A stretch of DNA of 60,000 bases from the NCBI RefSeq assembly GCF_037042905.1, contig NC_087250.1:6512001-6572000 (forward strand), written 5' to 3'. Numbering within the stretch: the stretch's first letter is position 1; every line of letters begins with the position of its first letter. A model generated the notes under the pieces. That model did no database searches, was not told where the DNA came from, and saw nothing but the letters and a program-made list of their open reading frames with translations. The DNA is from Lytechinus pictus. Lineage: Eukaryota. Positions 23,573 to 35,567 of this stretch are shown here, piece after piece. The position numbers and the translations under genes were made by a program.

Positions 23573-26188
23573 ATGAGTGGATCATCTGAAAGTATCAAGT
23601 CCGAGGACTCGGCCAGCCAAGGTGGTAAGAGTTCAACAGCGTCATCGAGGATAAAGACGAAGGCCAAGAAGGCAGCCCTGGCAGCAGAGCTAGCATCCTT
23701 GAAGGAACAGCATGAGTTAGAGCTTCAAGAATTTCATCTACAGCAAAAGAAGGCACAGTTCATGTTAGAAACTAAGCTCAAAGTTGCAGCAGCAGAAGAG
23801 GCTGTATATGAACAATTTGATCAGCATCCCAGTCAACTCGACATTAAGATAGAACCCACAAGTGAAGAACTTGGTCAACAGCAGCAGCCCATTCAGCCAC
23901 AGATTCAGGCCAGCGAGCATGGCAACAATGTACGTCAGGAGAATTTGGAAGACACAATGCCATACCTGCAGCACAACCAAGATTTGTATCAGTATCAGCA
24001 AATACAGCATCGTTTGTTGGAAGCAATAAGCCTGTCAAGTGTGGAAATCATGAAGTTTAACGGTAACCCTTTACACTATCATGAGTTCATGGCATGTTTT
24101 GATAATTTGATAGGCTCGTCTACACTAGACAGAGGGACAAAGCTTATGAAGTTGTATCAGTGCTGTGAAGGTGATGTCAAGAACATCATACAGTGTTGTA
24201 TGGTAATGGATCCAGTTCTAGGATATCAACGCGCCAGAGAATTGCTGAGAGAACGCTTTGGCAGTAGATTTAAGATAGGAGAAGCATGGATCGAACAGAT
24301 AACTAATGGTTCAGCACTTCATGCAAATGATAGAACTGGACTACGCAAGTTTGCTGACGAATTACAGGTATGTCTTGAGACTCTTAAGGCATTGAATCTG
24401 ACAAAGGAAATCAGCAGTAACAGAGAGCTGGTCAAACTGGCTGAAAGACTACCATTTCATCTCAAAGCTAGATGGTTGAAAGTAGTGAGAGACATTAGGC
24501 AAAGAGGTCGATCTCCAGATATCACTGACATGGTGAAGTTTGTATTTGATGCCGCCGAAGAAGTTAACGATCCAGTCTTCGGTGAGCTGACTGCGACTTC
24601 TCCAAGATCAGCATCTAAACCAAGCTTCAACAAGCAACATTCAAAGAGCAGCTACTCTACAGCAGTCACTGATAATTCAAGCTTTCCTAAGCCCAAGAAG
24701 TGCTTCAAGTGTTATCAAGACCATACCTTGTTTGGTTGTGACAGCTTTAAGTCTCTGACACCTGATGAGAGATTTAAATTTGCACAAGAGAACAGACTAT
24801 GTTTCAATTGCTTGCAACAAGGTCATACCAGCAGAATTTGTAAGTTGAACCGAACATGCTCAGTACCAGGATGTCAGAGAAAACATACAAAGTTTCTCCA
24901 CTTATTTCGGGAAAGCTTGTCACCTGAAAGAGGTACTCCGCATCAAGAGATAGAGAATCAGCCTCAACCAAATAAACATTTGATATCATCTTCCACTCAA
25001 ACGCCATTTGATGAAATCCAAACAGCTCAGAATAGCTTCATTGATAAGTCGGTCACAGGGGCCGGTAGGTGTGTACTTCCCATCGTTCCAGTTAGGGTAA
25101 GGGCTCACAACGAGAGCAAGTCTGTTGAAACTTATGCTCTCCTAGACACTGGTTCTACCAGCACGTTTTGTACAGCAGCCCTATCCAGACAACTTAATGC
25201 AGTGGAAAGGAAGCAAAGTCTAAATCTATCAACACTTGGAAGATCTAACAGCACAGTAGATACATCAGTTGTTAGCCTCATAGTAGACACAGGCAAAGAT
25301 ACAGAGATAGTGAAGTTACCACGTGTATATACAAGAGAGTCAATCAACGTCAAAGAATCTCACATCGCCAAGATGGAAGACATCAGAGGATGGAACCACC
25401 TAGAAGGAATCAACATTCCTATCGTCACACAACATGAAGTTGGACTTTTGATCGGACAAGATGTGCCTGGAGCATTGATACCTATAGAAATTAGAGCATC
25501 CGAGGATGGACCTTATGCTGTAAGAACCAAATTAGGATGGGCAGTAAGTGGTCCTGTCCAGCCCAAGATGCCAGAAGACATACACACAGCTACTACAAGC
25601 TTTGTTGGTAGCGACATCAAACTGGAGGATGGCAGACTTCAGAGATTCAGGAAGAATGAAAGCTCAGAAGTTCTTCAGAAGGACAAGGTTTCGTCCGTCA
25701 ATGTTAGTAATGCGTCAGCTTTCCGGGAGAGTAGTGGTAAAAAGGATGGAGTTCACAACCTATCGCCAACGTCATTTGAGAAGAAAACGCCAAAACTACC
25801 AGACGACATTTTGACTGCAGAACAGCGTTTGCAGTCGTCACCCAAGAGATTACTGATAGATGATACACTTCAGAAGAAACACCAAGTGGACGTAGAACAT
25901 ATGCTAAGTAACTACTCTATAATGAAAGTTAATAAGACAGAACAATTAGAAGATATAACCTCATTGTACTTACCTCACCATTTATTCATAAGTCCACAAG
26001 TTATTAGTGATTGTGTGGCAAAGCATAATGAAGAAGCATTACCTGACAAGGTTCCACAGGGGCCGGACCTGGCCAATCTGCCCAGAGTGTCACCTGGTAA
26101 ACCTTTATTTGGCTACATGTATTTTGGAGTTGACAGTTTCACACCGTACATTGTAAAACAAAGAAATTCAGAAAAGGGATACGGTTGA
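23573..26188 (+). CDS. BEL/Pao Gag-protease polyprotein (871 aa) ending in fused, degenerate RT-start and integrase-start remnants
   Basis: Coiled-coil N-terminus; KFNGNPLHYHEF (DUF1759-like Gag); three knuckles CFKCYQDHTLFGC, CFNCLQQGHTSRIC, CSVPGCQRKHTKFLH; aspartic protease ALLDTGS; PYAVRTKLGWAVSGP; YLPHH..QGPDL then RVSPGKPLF..GVDSFTP. Confidence 0.92.
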   Translation: MSGSSESIKSEDSASQGGKSSTASSRIKTKAKKAALAAELASLKEQHELELQEFHLQQKKAQFMLETKLKVAAAEEAVYEQFDQHPSQLDIKIEPTSEELGQQQQPIQPQIQASEHGNNVRQENLEDTMPYLQHNQDLYQYQQIQHRLLEAISLSSVEIMKFNGNPLHYHEFMACFDNLIGSSTLDRGTKLMKLYQCCEGDVKNIIQCCMVMDPVLGYQRARELLRERFGSRFKIGEAWIEQITNGSALHANDRTGLRKFADELQVCLETLKALNLTKEISSNRELVKLAERLPFHLKARWLKVVRDIRQRGRSPDITDMVKFVFDAAEEVNDPVFGELTATSPRSASKPSFNKQHSKSSYSTAVTDNSSFPKPKKCFKCYQDHTLFGCDSFKSLTPDERFKFAQENRLCFNCLQQGHTSRICKLNRTCSVPGCQRKHTKFLHLFRESLSPERGTPHQEIENQPQPNKHLISSSTQTPFDEIQTAQNSFIDKSVTGAGRCVLPIVPVRVRAHNESKSVETYALLDTGSTSTFCTAALSRQLNAVERKQSLNLSTLGRSNSTVDTSVVSLIVDTGKDTEIVKLPRVYTRESINVKESHIAKMEDIRGWNHLEGINIPIVTQHEVGLLIGQDVPGALIPIEIRASEDGPYAVRTKLGWAVSGPVQPKMPEDIHTATTSFVGSDIKLEDGRLQRFRKNESSEVLQKDKVSSVNVSNASAFRESSGKKDGVHNLSPTSFEKKTPKLPDDILTAEQRLQSSPKRLLIDDTLQKKHQVDVEHMLSNYSIMKVNKTEQLEDITSLYLPHHLFISPQVISDCVAKHNEEALPDKVPQGPDLANLPRVSPGKPLFGYMYFGVDSFTPYIVKQRNSEKGYG

Positions 26189-27817
26189 ATCTGTACATGT
26201 ACATGTTTGGTCATAAAAATTATCTGATACATATGTATTTTGTTAGAGAAAATATTTGAATTTAAGGCACTACAAAGATATATTTCTCATTGTGGTGAAA
26301 GTGTAAAATGTAGCAGTGAGATCCAAAAGGGACCAGTATAGAAATCGTATTTTTGGAAATAGCAGAAAGTTTAAAATTAGTGAGCGAGGTAAAATAGCAG
26401 TGTCTAAGCTCCCTCCTCCCTGGTCTAAGTGCATTTAACAAGCAAGTTGTGCGGAATATGGATTTGATAAAAGGATAAGGAGTAAATTCATATCTGAGAT
26501 TTATTTGTCAAATCTGTTTAAAATTTTCTTTATATTGAATTTGCTCTTATAGAACAATACAAGAAGATTAGTGTGGTACCAGGTCGATTGAAAATTGATA
26601 ATTTGATAGCACAGCAAAAGCAGGAATTGCTAATCAAGGAAAAGGAATTTGCATCAGTTATCAAGAATTGTTTTGAAATGCTCAAAGGAATGTTCAAAAA
26701 TTTGAAACCAATCATTCTCATTGTTTCGAGATGAATGACTGTTAGAGTGGAGGACATTTTCAAGCAGTTTATCACGACAACATTCAGCCAAGCAGCAAAT
26801 CATTCTTAAAGAATGGAAAGTTTAGAAACATTCAAGACTTAAAACAAGACTATAATGAATCATGAGTTACAACATGAACAGTTTGTAATTGACGACAACA
26901 TGAAGAACTTTGAATTTCAAGATGATGGACATAATAAGTTCCGAAATTCATTAAAACGTTTATTAAATTGTGGATTGAAGAAAGACTATATAAAATGGAT
27001 ATTTCAACTTGATAAGAGACTAGTTGATCTAGTAAATGTATCTCATCCTCAGGATGTATTTTTTGTGTATTTTGTGATCTAAAAGGCATATTTGATGATC
27101 ACAGTTGATAAAGTATGTTATTCAAACAAGACTATTCTTACAAAGGTGTCAGATTTGATGCAGAGAGTTTGATATTGTCATTGCTGATTAAGAGGAGACA
27201 AAAAACAGGTTCACTTTTGAGTTTAAACACCGACTCAATTCAAGTGTTTTTGCAAGAAAAGAATAGTTGGAAATATTCAAAGAGTTGTAAGGATTGAAGA
27301 TACATAACGTTAGATTTATACTTTGTGTATATACTGTATGCTCAGCTAGAATTGGAATTTAATCTGTGAAGACCCAGAAAATTATATGATATTGTGTAAT
27401 AGGGAACACAATGTTTGTAAAAATAATAGGACATGGATGTTAATTTATGTTTTAAAGGGACAATGTTTTATAGATGATTGCGGGAAAAAAGCAATTCATT
27501 ATTTTTCTTGAGCATAACTGAATGTCTCTAGGTCACAAGCATTTAAAGTTTATATCAAATTATTTTCTAGACTGCCATATTGGAAAGGGTTGTCGATTTC
27601 AATTGTTGTCAAAGCCTATTATGTGTACTAAAGCAAATAGTGCATGTTATTATTTATATACAGGTACATGCAATTTAAAGGTATTTGGAGTTCAGTGTAT
27701 TCTTATTTACCAGTCAGTTCAAATGATTAAAGGGAAGCAAGATACAGTGTAAATTTTAATCGTGAAAGAAAAAATTGATAAATGCTCCGTTGTGTCTATG
27801 CATTTAAGGGGCCGGAG

Positions 27818-29005
27818 TGTAAGATTAGAAAGTGTATTTTTTCTTTGAAATATTTAACATGACGTCAGAGACGTTAATTGAGTTGTAGCATCATTTATCT
27901 GGGTCGATAGAGGGCGTTGGAAATTTGCCTTGCCAAGATCGACAAAGATTTAAAGTTCAGCCCGTCGTGACTTTACAGTAGAATTCAAGATAATCGGTAC
28001 AAGTCCAATGTTGTAAGTAAAAGGACCTTTATATTTCCGTAATGTAATGTTTAACTGAATATATGGAACCAAAATTAACTCGAGACGATAATTAATTTGT
28101 TGTTAATTTAGCTCATAACTTTGGTGAAAGTGTTTGGAGTTTACGTATAGAATACACGTGTGATAAACGTATATTGACATTGTACATTGATAGGTAATTG
28201 GACATGCACATGAAGAGTGTTGCGTAATAGCATATCGGTACGGTACTGTGTGGTAATCTCGCACACAGTGCATAGTAGGCTATTCATGTTCAGAGTTGTA
28301 AACGAAATGGAATGTCAAATAAACAAATGTTGTTCTTTGTTAGCTACATTTGGTTCTAGTTGTTGAAAAGGATACAGTATATGTATGAGTTTGGAAATAA
28401 GGCATTAAAGCCAGTTTTTGGTGCATTTTAAAGCCCTGATAATCTGATAATTACAAATAACACATACAGTGAAGGTGAAATGAAAGCCTAGTTATTGGTT
28501 TGAGTAAAGTTATTGCTAGTCAATAATGCCTCAGAGTATAAAGTTTAGAGGCAAGGTAATATTTAAGTATCGTAGTTGATATAAAGGACAAATGAGACAA
28601 AGTAAAGGTTTTGTTTATTTAACCGCATATCGCAAAGTTTATTCAAGGTCATTTGAATACATTGACAGAATTTGATAGGTAAATTTGTTACAGGAAACCA
28701 GAATATTTATTTATGCAAGATTCAAACGTCACAAATAATTTGTGCAATACATAGACTATTTATTTTATATCATGCAAGTACATAAATGTAACTGCATATA
28801 CAGATGCTTATTATTGTTTGTTTATATTTTTATGCTACAGATTGAACATGCTCGATGGTATGATCGATGGTATACTAGATGGTATGCCCAGATGGTATGC
28901 TTGATGGTATACTTGATGCATCGTATGATAACTGGAAATTCTGCGTCACCGAGTCTTTTGTTTGAGTACTGTCTACTGTCAAGTCACTCGTAGTTATACG
29001 TCACA
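27818..29005 (+). repeat. 3' LTR (1188 bp)
   Basis: Copy of 22327-23514; no mismatch noticed by eye. Confidence 0.95.
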
Positions 29006-30532
29006 CTTATGAATATCCGAATTGCAGTTAAAATGACAGAGATTACTAAATTGAGAGGGGAAAATGTTGTTTATGCTTTTGTACATAAAAATACTTTGCT
29101 GATGCAAATTAATATCGCTAAATTTCAATAATTTTAACTCTTTAAATACAGGATTTGTGTGAGATTGAAAATGTAATCCAGATATAATACGAACAATCCT
29201 CTTTTGCAGTATTATAAGCTTTAGGATGCTAGACTTACAGGAATTGGCCCAAATAATATTACAATACGAGAAATATGGAAGTATCAGAGCACCATATAAC
29301 ATACGTAGAATGTGACCTGGCAAGAGATATTTAATTCTAGATATAATACCAATTTTTTTGGATACTTTACTTTCGACATCATGTATATGATCTTTCCATG
29401 TCATAAAACTATCTAAATAAATTCCAAGGAACTTGGCCTTGTCTACCCGTGGTAATATTACGTTGTCGAGTATAACACATGCATCATTCAAATCGACATT
29501 CTTTCTATTATGAAAAACCATGTAGTTACATTTCTTGACATTTACAGATAATTTGTTAGCCTTAAACCATTCACATACATGTACAAGATTTGCATTCACA
29601 ATATCACAAAGGGAGTTCAAGTTTGAATTGCTATGAAATATATTTGTATCATCGGCGTATAATATAAAGGATAGCTCATTTGCTGATTTATAAAGATCAT
29701 TAATATATAATATAAATAACAATGGGCCGAGGAGACTGCCCTGGGGAATTCCACAGGTTATTGTCTTAAAGTCTGACACACACGATTTGTATTTAGTACA
29801 TTGTAAACGATTATTAAGATAGCTAGTGAACCAATTATAAGTAATACCACGTATGCCGTAACGATATAATTTAGATAGTAATATGTTATGGTTAAGTGTA
29901 TCAAAGGCTTTGGATAGGTCGATGAAAACTCCAATAGCGAACTCATTATTTTCAAAAGCATCTATTATTTTACTAGAGAGACTTGTAAGAGCCATGCTTG
30001 TGGAATAATCTTTACGAAACCCAAATTGATTATCATAAAGAATAGAACATTTATCAAGAAATTCGAAAGTCCTCTTGTAAACAATACGCTCTAATAACTT
30101 AGAAAAAACAGATAAAACAGAAATAGGTCTGTAGTTCGTAAATTCACCTTTGTCCCCAGATTTAAAAATTGGTGTCACTTTGGCCTTTTTTAATTCATGA
30201 GGAAATATTCCTTTTGATAAAGACAAATTAAATATATGACACAAAGGTCCACAAATATATGGTACGACTTGTTTGATGACTCTTAGACTATATTCATCCA
30301 AACCAGCCGCTTTATTGTTTTTAAATGTTTTAACAATGTTACAAATCTCATTCTCCGAGGTGGGATACAGATACAAGGAGTCAGTTGGTGGATCATTGAT
30401 AAACTTCAAATAGTCCGTTTGAGTTTCAGGGATTCTGTTCGCCAAAGATGGACCGATATTAGTAAAAAAGTTATTAAACGAATTTGATATAGTGCTCGGT
30501 TCTGTAACAGTTTTCCCGTTATGTTTAAACAC
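29006..30532 (-). pseudogene. LINE ORF2 reverse transcriptase domain, open but cut by the LTR insertion
   Basis: NYRPISVL, NQFGFRK, FIDLSKAFDTLNH, GIPQGSLLGPLLF, LYADDT, KFLGIYLD. Confidence 0.93.
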
Positions 30533-32035
30533 AGAATTTTCACTTGGTTTACTTTTATTAAGTAGTAAATTAATTGTTTTCCAAGTGCGATTAATATTGG
30601 ATTTATTGAGTAAAAATTCATTATGAAAATATTGTGATTTTGTTTTACGAATTAGCGCTGTGAGTAAATTACGATAATTTTTATAAACGGAAGCATTTTC
30701 ATCTGACGGATTACGTATATTTATATAATTTATTATTATGTCGAATAGACTGTAACAGTCCTTTCGTCATCCAGCATTTCAATTTTTTATTCCTAGGCTA
30801 TTTTTTCAACTACGACAGGGAGATTTTTATCATATAGTTTACGAAATTTCGCCTGAAAAAGATTATAACTTTCATTTGGATCGTCATTATTATATACTTC
30901 TCCCCAGTCGACTTCTTGTAAATCCCTATATAAAACTTCAATATTTCTCTCATGTATCATTCTACAGCTAGCCTTTGCATTTGGTGATTTTACATTGCTA
31001 GTGCCGAATTGTGATATATGAAAGACTGGCAAGTGATCAGAGATCACAATACAATAAACCAGAATCAATAGATGAATGTATGTTGTTTGTGAATATGTTA
31101 TCGATTAACGTGGCAGACGACTTCGTAATACGTGAGGGTTTGTTAATTAAAGGGTAGCATGAATTACTAAATATCATATTAATAAAGTTGTTAACAGAAT
31201 TGTTTTGATCATGTTGTAATAGGTCAATATTGAAATCACCCATTAAAAAACTTAATTTGTTTTCGCTGGTGAGTTGGGCAAACACAGCGTCCATTGCTTC
31301 TGAAAAATCGTCAATTGGAACGTTTGGGGGTTTATATATGACACCTACAATAATATTCTGTCTTTTTTCTTGAATTATTTCTATAAAAATAGAGTCGCAT
31401 ATATTTGCATCGAGCATCAGGTCATCTCTTTGAAAATAAGTATATGAGTTTGCAATGTACATTCCGACACCTCCGCCATGTTTATGATGCCTATTCCTAC
31501 AAACAAATGTGTATTCATCGATGTTCAATAAAGGACTATCGTCTGTTAACCAAGTCTCTGAAATACCAACTATATCAAACTGAAAATTTAAGAGGCTCAA
31601 AAAATGTTTAAGGGAATCAAAGTTTTTAAGAATACTCCTTGTGTTAAAATGAATATTGGAAAAAGATTCATTAACATTTATGCTTCTAAATGTTTTAGCA
31701 AAGTTTTCCGCTTCATAATAATTTGAACTGGACGTCGCATAGTCCGCAAAATAATTGATGTCGGGGTCTATATTTACATTATTATTATGCATGTCCCTCT
31801 CAATCATAAATGGGTTAAACCTGAAGTTTAAATTGGCAACTTCGGTGGGGCCCGATATAGCCGATTCCAAATCATCTACGGAATGAAACGGGAACACATG
31901 GGATGAACAATGGATACACATGAGCAGGCTCTCATTCCATTCATTATATACAACGTTACATTTGCATGATTGACAGTAGATTTGATTACGTAATGGGACC
32001 TGATTATCATTAGGCATCAATACAGTACTACTCAT
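30533..32035 (-). pseudogene. LINE ORF2 N-terminus: Cys-rich leader plus AP-like endonuclease, frameshifted near 31040 and 30790
   Basis: HFNTRSI, IVGISETWL, GGGVGMYI, GVIYKPP, MGDFNIDLL, TLIDNIF, with ISDHLPVF in the next frame. Confidence 0.9.
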
Positions 32036-32887
32036 TTAAATACAAGGTTGACAACAAATATCGCGGGCATAACTGAACCTGAGTGAGATGTACGCTGCCT
32101 GGATAAGGTACGACAATGCCTTCGTATGACAATACCGATATTGTGTTTAAAAATAATGTACCCAGAGAACAAACAGTTCGAGAGTTTGCGATACAATGTA
32201 CAAGAAATCTAAGCATGCCAGAGAAAATGGTATAGGTACAGGGATAGAGATGAAAAGAAGGGTAGAAGAACATAGAACAACAACAAGTTAAACAAAAAAC
32301 AGCTGCAGACACAGATTGTGCTGTGAGTGCACAAGAAGAAACAAAATTACAATCAAAGATGGTGTAGGTACCTCTCCGTGTTACAACAAAAATGAAAATA
32401 ACAAACTCGCCGTATATACATTGTACTGTACACACGAAATATCCTAAATGAATCAACTTACCATGTACTCGAGAGGCCTCAGAGCCCAACAATTTTCATT
32501 AGCAAAAAAGAAAGATTAATATTATCTAGAAATCTAGAATTATGTAAAACATTCGACAATGGAAGATGCATTTGATTTTACAGAGTAAAGAATGATAAAA
32601 AGTTTTTTGTTTTCCAGATCATGGCAATAAAGGAAAAACAAGTAGAAATAACTTCTGGTTAATTTATATCGACTAGATATATGTAAATATATATATTTGT
32701 TTTAAATTATACAAACAAAAGCCACTATATTTTTACTGTCAGACCAGTGTAAACATACGATTTCTTATATTCATTACATAATTGGTCACGAAAATCATTA
32801 TCTCATTAACTTTTAGTCAGACTGAAAAATATATACAAAGAAATTTTTTAGTCAATTATCATGTGAACAAAATTATGAGAGATATAT

Positions 32888-33357
32888 TTACAACTCGGCT
32901 ACTGCTTGACACGTCTGCGTAAAGTCAAAAGTGGTTCCATTCCTATGTCGCCATTTCCTGGCCGTGAACTTTAGCTTAGTTCCCTGTTGGTAGAGTCGTT
33001 TTACTTCCTGAGAATATCTTCGCTTTTCTGCAAGGTCTTCCTTGGTAAGGTCATCGACTACGAAGTAGCTTTCGTTGGCCAGTGTGGATCGCGCCGACTT
33101 CATTATGGCTACTTTATCGCGGAAAGATAGGAGCTTAAATAATATGTGTCGGGGATGATCTGGGTCGGTTGATGGCTTACCGTCGCGATGAGCGCGTTCG
33201 ATGCGTGGATTGATCCCGAATTTCTCGCTAATGATGTTCTGTACGATGCCGATGCAGTCCTCATCGGCGGTTTCGGGTTTTCCTACGAGGCGCACGTTGT
33301 TTCGGCGGGAGAAGCGCTCTGCCTTGTTGATGCCTGCCTTCTGCTCAGCCTTCTGCT
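32888..33357 (-). pseudogene. LINE ORF1 C-terminal part (L1-ORF1p/Transposase_22-like RRM and CTD)
   Basis: ERFSRRNNVRLVGKPE..IERAHRDG..PRHILFKLLSFRDK..VDDLT. Confidence 0.8.
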
Positions 33358-33386
33358 ATATCACGAAGAGCTGTAATGAAACTGAG

Positions 33387-33609
33387 CACTGGTGGGTCCA
33401 GGGGGCACATCCGGCCCGTGCCCCACCCCCTCTCGAGAGGCGCAATTAGCATTTGTAATGTAGATATGCCGATCTAAGCAAAGCGTGCACACCCCCCCCT
33501 GAAAGTGTGGACCCTTTTTCTTTCCTCTTTTTTTTTTTGTTTGTCAAATTTTCCTTGGGAAAATTTGCCCCCCACACCCTTTTGAAAAAAAATCCTGGAT
33601 CTGCCCCTG
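33387..33609. mobile_element. hAT-like MITE with 8-bp TSD
   Basis: CACTGGTGGGTCCAGG / CCTGGATCTGCCCCTG; TSD AAACTGAG (33379-33386) / AAACTGAC (33610-33617). Confidence 0.75.
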
Positions 33610-33781
33610 AAACTGACAGTGTCAAAAATCAAGTATTTATCCCGAAGAAGGAGAGAAAATATGCCAAAATTGCCAACCTTATTTCACCACACATAGAGAC
33701 AGTCCTAACAGAGGACTAACCATGTACGTAGGATGAGGGCACCTCATTCAATGTACAGGGTTATGATATAACCTTGTCCTC

Positions 33782-34080
33782 TGCGACCGGTGTGTTGGCT
33801 CAGTGCGACCGATGTGTTGGCTTAGTTGGTAGAGCGTCTGTCTCACAACCGGGAGTTCGGGGGTTCAAACCCCGGCCGCGTCAGACCAAAAGACGTTAAA
33901 AGAGTTGCTGCTACACTGTTTGGCGTTCAACGGTTAAAGGGATAGAGCCTTGTCGATCTGGCGCTGCACAGCGGCTGCCGGGCCCATGATCAATTGGGCA
34001 AAGCAAATTATCGGAGTATTTCATTTCATATCTATTTCGAACGAACAATAAATTATGGATTTTCATTTTCATTTTCATTA
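33782..34080 (+). mobile_element. tRNA-derived SINE with duplicated 5' end and (TTTTCA)n tail
   Basis: A box TGGCTTAGTTGG, B box GGTTCAAACCCC, body, AATAAA and ATTTTC repeats; 22-bp head TGCGACCG.TGTGTTGGCT.AG present twice. Confidence 0.85.
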
Positions 34081-34114
34081 CTATTATTGTTATTCAAGAA
34101 AATAAGACCATATT

Positions 34115-34279
34115 CAGGGGAGCGTTTCAAGAAAGAACATGTTGGACGTTTTATCAGACAAGCCCTGTTTTATCCGACAGGTACCATAGGAACTGTGCTC
34201 CTCAGCCAATCAAAACTTCAAGGAGAGATGTCCAATCAGACAAGTTGACGGACAAAAATGTTGAGGAAACGATCCCCTG
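34115..34279. mobile_element. Short MITE (PIF/Harbinger-like), same family as 6880-7013
   Basis: CAGGGGAGCGTTTC / GAAACGATCCCCTG. Confidence 0.7.
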
Positions 34280-35062
34280 AACTCACAAGACATCATAAAC
34301 AAATGCATTGTACTGAAAAGCCTTTTGTGGGTCAAACAGACTATCTAATGGTACTGATAATATCAAAGCATGTTGAATATTAAATGCATACAGTTCAGAA
34401 GCACTGTGCAAAATATATTGTAATGGAATACTCCAGGATGAATACAATAAGATTATGAATATTTGAACAATTTGATTAAAATCACACAAACCAAACAGTG
34501 AAATTCTATCGAAATCAGACTTCGAATTGCCCCCCCCCCCCCCAAAAAAAAAAAAAAAAAAAAAAAGGAAAGAGAACAGGGTAAAAACATGGTGTTATTT
34601 TTTGAATATTATATAAGAATCTATCACAAAATTTGATTTTTCTAATAAAATGTTGAAATATTGGTTTGATCGCTTCGCTCGCGTGAAGCATTTGATACAT
34701 CATGCCTGATATGTCATGTCTGGCCCTTTCAAATCTTTAGCTCATTCATGAATATGCATTGAGGAAGCCAATGTTGCCTTAGCCCATTATTCTTTTGTGT
34801 TTTATTATTGTACATATTTTATTCAATTTATTCGTCAAAGAATGTATAAACAGAGTTGACTACTAGTCTAATTAATGTGTAATTATCAAAACTGCCAATT
34901 GTTTTGTAACGTATAACGTGGAAGACTTGCTTTAAACACACGTGTCGGAATATGCCATAATCAAGATTTTATGAAATAAAAAGTTAATAAAATGGAAATG
35001 AGGTTATGACATTATCAGCCAACCTAGATTGCACATTTAGGTTTTCACCAGTTATCGCTTAA

Positions 35063-35567
35063 AGGAAAATTAAACTTTTGTTTAGATCATTTTTGTAACG
35101 TAGATCCTCTAATTGGCAATGCGACAAAGATGTGTACCGTCCACTGTATACTATCTGAATGGTATTTATATCAGTGGTAATGACACTCGTGAACATCTCT
35201 CCCATTAATTTTGTATATATTTGTACATATTATCACATTTATCAGTAGATCTTATATTTTTAATGGAGGGCATGAAATACAGATTTTCAAAGAATACATT
35301 GTGAATATAGAGTATGTTTCACAATAAGAAAGAGAAAAACCGATACATTTTTGGGTTTTTTAAGTCCAATAAAGGGCTCGTTGTTCACGTCTGACATCAC
35401 GCATCTTTGTCTCATTGCCAAAAGGGGGATCTCTATAGTGATCGCAATATTCAAATACTCATAACTTTCTCATTGTTTGTCTGCTCTTTCTCAAACTTAC
35501 TTTGATCTTATTCTTTGATTTTTCTGTTTCCACACAAGCCCACTTGTTCCAAAGTTTTCATTCCCCT
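35063..35567. mobile_element. Non-autonomous Kolobok-like element with TTAA TSD
   Basis: TTAA|AGGAAAATTAAACTTTTG ... CAAAGTTTTCATTCCCCT|TTAA; internal inverted ATTGGCAATGCGACAAAGATG / CATCTTTGTCTCATTGCCAA. Confidence 0.7.

Larger units (their letters stand above)
22327..29005 (+). mobile_element. Non-autonomous BEL/Pao LTR retrotransposon, 6679 bp, 5-bp TSD CTTAT
   Basis: TG..CA LTRs at 22327-23514 and 27818-29005; CTTAT at 22322-22326 and 29006-29010; purine-rich tract AAGGGGCCGGAG just before the 3' LTR; BEL-type gag-protease ORF. Confidence 0.95.
22130..33360 (-). mobile_element. CR1/L2-group (Crack/Daphne-like) LINE, 5'-truncated within ORF1 and split by a BEL LTR insertion
   Basis: ORF1 remnant 32888-33357, endonuclease 31037-32035, RT 29006-30532, ORF2 C-terminus resuming at 22326-22130 on the far side of the LTR element. 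Confidence 0.9.

Noticed and set aside
26530..27752. Possible env-like or extra gene in the BEL 3' internal region
   Set aside because: Only short ORFs with many stops; better explained as decayed pol
32028..32492. 154-aa hydrophobic ORF between LINE ORF1 and ORF2
   Set aside because: Non-ATG start, compositionally biased, no recognisable domain
33811..33885. Functional tRNA genes here, at 55196 and at 56340
   Set aside because: Acceptor stems pair poorly, and two of the three continue into SINE bodies
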